From Candidatus Bathyarchaeia archaeon (GTDB lineage Archaea > Thermoproteota > Bathyarchaeia > Bathyarchaeales > Bathycorpusculaceae), in NCBI GenBank assembly GCA_050012755.1, contig JBEKGO010000003.1, positions 1 to 64,000 on the forward strand: 64,000 nucleotides of DNA, written 5' to 3'. The notes below the pieces were generated by a model. The model was not told the origin of the DNA, made no database searches, and saw only the letters and a program-made list of their open reading frames with translations. Positions 59,921-64,000 of this stretch are shown one piece after another. The stretch's first letter is position 1, and the number at the start of each line of letters is the position of its first letter. Both the position numbers and the translations under genes were made by a program.

Positions 59921-60667
59921 ATGGCTGATCCGCGAACAAGCATAATTAACGAGCGTTTGGCGCGGATAGGCAGAATTATTGCCGTTTCAAGTGGAAAAGG
60001 CGGCGTCGGCAAAAGCATGGTTGCAACCACGCTCGCGTTAACCTTGGGACAGAACGGCTGCAAAGTAGGCTTGTTTGACCTAGACTTCACCAGCCCATCA
60101 ACACACTTAATTCTTGGCGCCCATAAGATGCATCCGCAAGAAGAAAAAGGCTTAGTTCCGCCAAAAGTTCATGGCTTAGAATATATGTCCCTTGTCTACT
60201 TCGTCGGCGAAAAACCGGCACCCTTGCGTGGGGCGGATGTTTCAAACGCACTTATCGAACTCTTGGCAGTTACACAGTGGGGTACGCTTGATTTCCTGAT
60301 CATTGATATGCCTCCAGGAATCGGTGATGCAATTCTCGATTTGGTACGCCTGGTTAAGCATATAGAATTTTTAATAGTAACAACGCCTTCGCTTTTGGCT
60401 TTTGAAACAGTCAAAAAACAAGTAGCGTTGCTGTGCGAGTTGAAAATGCCAATTATCGGCGTCGTTGAAAATATGAAAATGGATGTGTCTGAAGGTGTAG
60501 GAGTGGAAACGGGAAAGCTGGGGCTAAAATATCTCGGCGAAATCCCATATGACCCACAGGTGGAAGGCGCCATTGGCAACGAAAAAGAATTGCTCAACAC
60601 GGCCATTGCCAAAAAACTAAGAAAAGTAGCCAAAAGCATAATGCTGATGGAAAAGAGAGAACCCTGA
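59921..60667 (+). CDS. Mrp/NBP35-family ATPase
   Basis: SGKGGVGKS, IDMPPG and GVVENM. Confidence 0.92.
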   Translation: MADPRTSIINERLARIGRIIAVSSGKGGVGKSMVATTLALTLGQNGCKVGLFDLDFTSPSTHLILGAHKMHPQEEKGLVPPKVHGLEYMSLVYFVGEKPAPLRGADVSNALIELLAVTQWGTLDFLIIDMPPGIGDAILDLVRLVKHIEFLIVTTPSLLAFETVKKQVALLCELKMPIIGVVENMKMDVSEGVGVETGKLGLKYLGEIPYDPQVEGAIGNEKELLNTAIAKKLRKVAKSIMLMEKREP

Positions 60668-61419
60668 TGGCGTGCATTAAAGCAATGATATTCGACTACA
60701 TTGGCACACTAGTAAACTGCAAAGGCTACACTATGGACGCTTCAAAACAAAATCTGCACTTAGCATTGGCTGCTGAAGGCTTCGATGTTTCCAAAAGCAA
60801 TTTTCTACGAGCCTACGATTTAGCCCATGAAAAATACCGTGTTATACGCTTTGAACAGTTAAGAGAAGTAACCAACGCTGTGTGGGTGGCAGAGGCGCTC
60901 AGCAATTTGGGCTTTGAGGTGACAGCGGATGATTACCGAATTAAATGTGCCCTAAATGTTTTCTTCAAGGCCTACGTGGATACGTTTGAGTTGAGAGACG
61001 GGGCAAAGAAACTGCTCAAACAAGCAGGAGGGCAATGCAAAGTTGGCTTAATCTCAAACTTCACTCATGCACCAGTTATCTACTCAAGCCTAAGAGTGCT
61101 AGGCATAAACACGTTCTTCGATGTGGTTGTGGTTTCAGAGGAAGTTGGGTGGCGAAAACCAAGCCCAAAGATTTTCGAAGACGCCCTAAACAGGCTCGGG
61201 ATTGAGGCTAAAGAAGCGGTTTACATTGGCGACAGCCCAATCGAAGACATCAAAGGCGCAAAAGAAGCGGGACTAAAAACCATATTTGTGCCATCACAAT
61301 TCAACACATTAAAAGACCTATTTCAAAGTCGACAAAAACCAGATTTCATCACAAGAGATTTGGAGTCAATTCTTAGCCCCTTGGCTGAAATTACAGGTTT
61401 AACAAACTTTAAATCATAA
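60667..61419 (+). CDS. HAD-family hydrolase
   Basis: FDYIGTL, RKP and IGDSPIEDIKGA. Confidence 0.9.
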   Translation: MACIKAMIFDYIGTLVNCKGYTMDASKQNLHLALAAEGFDVSKSNFLRAYDLAHEKYRVIRFEQLREVTNAVWVAEALSNLGFEVTADDYRIKCALNVFFKAYVDTFELRDGAKKLLKQAGGQCKVGLISNFTHAPVIYSSLRVLGINTFFDVVVVSEEVGWRKPSPKIFEDALNRLGIEAKEAVYIGDSPIEDIKGAKEAGLKTIFVPSQFNTLKDLFQSRQKPDFITRDLESILSPLAEITGLTNFKS

Positions 61420-61430
61420 AAAAGAAGAAT

Positions 61431-62672
61431 TTAGATTTTCTTCTTTGTAACGGCATTTTCCAGTGCTACTACGCCTGGGAGTTTTTTGCCCATAAGGAAC
61501 TCAATTAACGCGCCGCCTGCTGTGCTTATGTAACTGATTTTTTTGTTTAAGCCGTATTCTTGTATGGCTGCGATGGTGTTTCCTCCGCCTGCGAGGCTGA
61601 ATGCTTTGCTGTTTGCAATGGCTTCAAAAACTTTTTTGGTGCCATAGTTGAATTCTTTGTTTTCATAAACGCCCATTGGTCCGCTTACAACTATGGATTT
61701 AGCGCTTAAGATAATTTTTGAATAGTTCTCGACGGTTTTTGCACCTATGTCAAAGATTGAGTATTCAGTTGGCAACTTGTTTACGGGGATTTCTTTGCGT
61801 TTTCCATTCATGTCTAAGGCAACATCAACGGGCACAACAACCTTGCCGCCATACTGCTCCATTAGCGCTTTTATGCCTGGAATTAAGCCTGTTAATTCTT
61901 TCTTTGCTAGAAAATCCATGTTCTTCTTGCCTAAATCGACGCCCTTAGCTGCAAGGAACAACTGTGAAGTGACACCGCCAAGAAGCACGTAATCCGCTAT
62001 GCCGTTGCCGAGAACATACTTGCTGATTTCAAGGCTATCGTCGGCTTTTGCTCCACCCATTAAGTACACCGAAGGTTTCTCAGGTTTTTCTAAAGCTTTG
62101 CTTAAGCTTTTTAGTTCTCGTTCCATTATTCGCCCAGCAGCGCTCGGCAGAACTGCAGTGAAGCCAACCATGGACACATGTCCGCGGTGAGCTGCAGCGA
62201 AAGCATCATTAACGAATAAATCTGCGAGCGGTGCAAGGTTTTGAACAAGTTCAGTTTTGCTATGCTGTTCAGGCGTGCCGCTTTTAGTCTCTCCATCCCA
62301 TGAACGTACGTTTTCAAGAACTAAAATTTCTCCACCCTTCAGGTTCTTGATGGCTGTCTTTGCTTTTTCACCAAAAACATCGTCAACGTATTTTACTGGG
62401 CATTTAAGGATTTTTTGAAGGATTGCTGCGTGTTCTTTTAGAGGCGTGTAATCTGGGTCTCCTTTTCGTCCTTGATGCGCCAAGACAACCGTTTTGGCGC
62501 CTTTTTCAGCGAGTTCCTTGAGTGTTGATTCAGCATGTGCTCTTATGCGTACATCGCTTGTGACTTTCTTGGTAGCTGGGTCGATTTCTGAGTTAAAATC
62601 TACTCTTACCAGAACAACTTTGTTCTTCACATCAAAATCGTCTAGGGTTTTATACTTAGCCATATTCTTCAC
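61431..62672 (-). CDS. pgk: phosphoglycerate kinase
   Basis: RVDFN, AHQGR, NDAFAAAHR, GGAK and ISTAGGA. Confidence 0.96.
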   Translation of the reverse strand: MKNMAKYKTLDDFDVKNKVVLVRVDFNSEIDPATKKVTSDVRIRAHAESTLKELAEKGAKTVVLAHQGRKGDPDYTPLKEHAAILQKILKCPVKYVDDVFGEKAKTAIKNLKGGEILVLENVRSWDGETKSGTPEQHSKTELVQNLAPLADLFVNDAFAAAHRGHVSMVGFTAVLPSAAGRIMERELKSLSKALEKPEKPSVYLMGGAKADDSLEISKYVLGNGIADYVLLGGVTSQLFLAAKGVDLGKKNMDFLAKKELTGLIPGIKALMEQYGGKVVVPVDVALDMNGKRKEIPVNKLPTEYSIFDIGAKTVENYSKIILSAKSIVVSGPMGVYENKEFNYGTKKVFEAIANSKAFSLAGGGNTIAAIQEYGLNKKISYISTAGGALIEFLMGKKLPGVVALENAVTKKKI

Positions 62673-62725
62673 TTCTATTAGTCAGAAAAGAAAAAGATAG
62701 GAAAGATTTAAGCTTGTTTGCTTGC

Positions 62726-63745
62726 TTAAAAGCCTGCTTTTTTGCCGATCATTTCGATGAATTCAACCATGCGGTTGCTAAAGCCCCATTCGTTATCGTA
62801 CCATGCGAAGACTTTAACGAAGTTGCTTTTATCGCCTAAGACCATTGTTAATTGAGCATCGAAGACTGCTGAGTAAGTGCTATGAAGGACGTCGGTTGAA
62901 ACGATTGGGTCTTCAGTGTACTCTAAAATTCCTTTAAGTGGGCCTGCTGCTGCTTTCTTCATGGCTGCGTTAATGTCATCTTTGGTTACGTCTTTGCCTA
63001 ATATAGCGGTTAAATCAACGATTGATACGTCTGGTGTAGGCACACGCAGTGAATAGCCATTCATTTTTCCGGCGCAACTTGGCAAAACTAATCCGATTGC
63101 TTTTGCTGCACCAGTGCTTGTTGGGATAATGTTGATTGCTGCTGCTCTTGCTCTTCGGGGGTCTTTGTGGACGAGATCCTGGACTTTTTGGTCGTTTGTG
63201 TAGCTGTGGCATGTTGTCATGAAGCCTTTTTCTAGGCCAAAGTTATCAGATAATACTTTGCTGATTGGTGCTAGACAGTTTGTTGTGCATGAAGCGTTGC
63301 TTAAGATATTGTGTTTTTCTGGGTCATACGATTTATCATTTACGCCTAATACAAAGGTTGCATCTGGGTTTTCTGCTGGCGCGCTGATTAGAACCTTCTT
63401 TGCTCCTGCTTGAAAGTGTTTACTAGCACCTTCACGGTTGGTAAACAAGCCAGTGGATTCTACTGCTAGGTAAACTCCAAGGTCTTTCCATGGGAGTGCC
63501 ACCGGGTCTTTTACGCTGAGACATTTAAGGGTCTTTCCGTTGACGACCATGTCGTTGCCGCTGACTTCGATTTTGCCGGGGAAGTGTCCGTGGATTGAGT
63601 CATATTTGAGCAGGTGCGCGTTTGTTTTGGCGTCTGCAAGATCGTTGATTGCTACGAAATCAATTTTTGCGTTGCGTTCGATTGCTGCGCGGTAAAGAAG
63701 TCTTCCAATTCTTCCGAATCCGTTAATTCCTACTTTGATTGCCAT
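62726..63745 (-). CDS. gap: type I (bacterial-like) glyceraldehyde-3-phosphate dehydrogenase
   Basis: [21 protein letters not shown] and WYDNEWG; ATG at 63745 preferred. Confidence 0.95.
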   Translation of the reverse strand: MAIKVGINGFGRIGRLLYRAAIERNAKIDFVAINDLADAKTNAHLLKYDSIHGHFPGKIEVSGNDMVVNGKTLKCLSVKDPVALPWKDLGVYLAVESTGLFTNREGASKHFQAGAKKVLISAPAENPDATFVLGVNDKSYDPEKHNILSNASCTTNCLAPISKVLSDNFGLEKGFMTTCHSYTNDQKVQDLVHKDPRRARAAAINIIPTSTGAAKAIGLVLPSCAGKMNGYSLRVPTPDVSIVDLTAILGKDVTKDDINAAMKKAAAGPLKGILEYTEDPIVSTDVLHSTYSAVFDAQLTMVLGDKSNFVKVFAWYDNEWGFSNRMVEFIEMIGKKAGF

Positions 63746-64000
63746 AATTTCACCATTTTCAGGGTTTGTACAAGAACCTTTGTCTTTATTAATTTTCCGA
63801 CGGAAGAGCGGCAATAGGTAGCAGGCTATAAGTTTAGTGGTTTAAAAAAGTAGCAAATTTGTGTGCTAGGATTTGGCATCAATTGAACACGAAATTATTT
63901 AGTAAATTCCGCCTTCCCTGAAATAGTAGTATTCTTCTTTTTTAGGACCAAAACTTCTAAGACCTTGATCCTTTAGTTGGCAGCGCAGTTCATCAGCATA

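Overview
Archaeal chromosome segment; gene content and style are most consistent with Bathyarchaeia (inference). Most of it is housekeeping: Fe-S biogenesis (sufS, iscU, a divergent iscS), Hel308, purB, aspS, nusA-like, Alba, TFB/Gar1, ribosomal proteins, a DAP-aminotransferase lysine operon (dapA-dapB-asd-lysA-dapF-dapL), two adjacent non-homologous methylene-H4MPT dehydrogenases, archease, adk, RtcB, a glycogen cluster, TldD/PmbA, EndoQ, HypA/Mrp, pgk and a bacterial-type GAPDH. There are two tRNA-anchored accessory islands. The first (about 11.4-14.45 kb) has a decayed intron-containing tRNA overlapping a nonsense-disrupted tyrosine integrase, plus a PQQ-type beta-propeller gene. The second (about 42.7-48.85 kb) has tRNA-Gly(TCC) overlapped by a probable split-integrase N-fragment, then ASCH, TrmB, a large propeller surface protein and a Trp/His-repeat ORF. 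The most striking unexplained signal lies in the second island: three copies (plus one partial) of an 80-115 nt non-coding unit whose ends fold into a bulge-helix-bulge (BHB) splicing motif. Two copies have their own TATA box. The variable interiors share a pyrimidine-rich, anti-Shine-Dalgarno-like tract. These are candidate BHB-processed circular small RNAs outside tRNA/rRNA. Phased 10-bp and 21-bp DNA repeats also recur, mostly near the islands.
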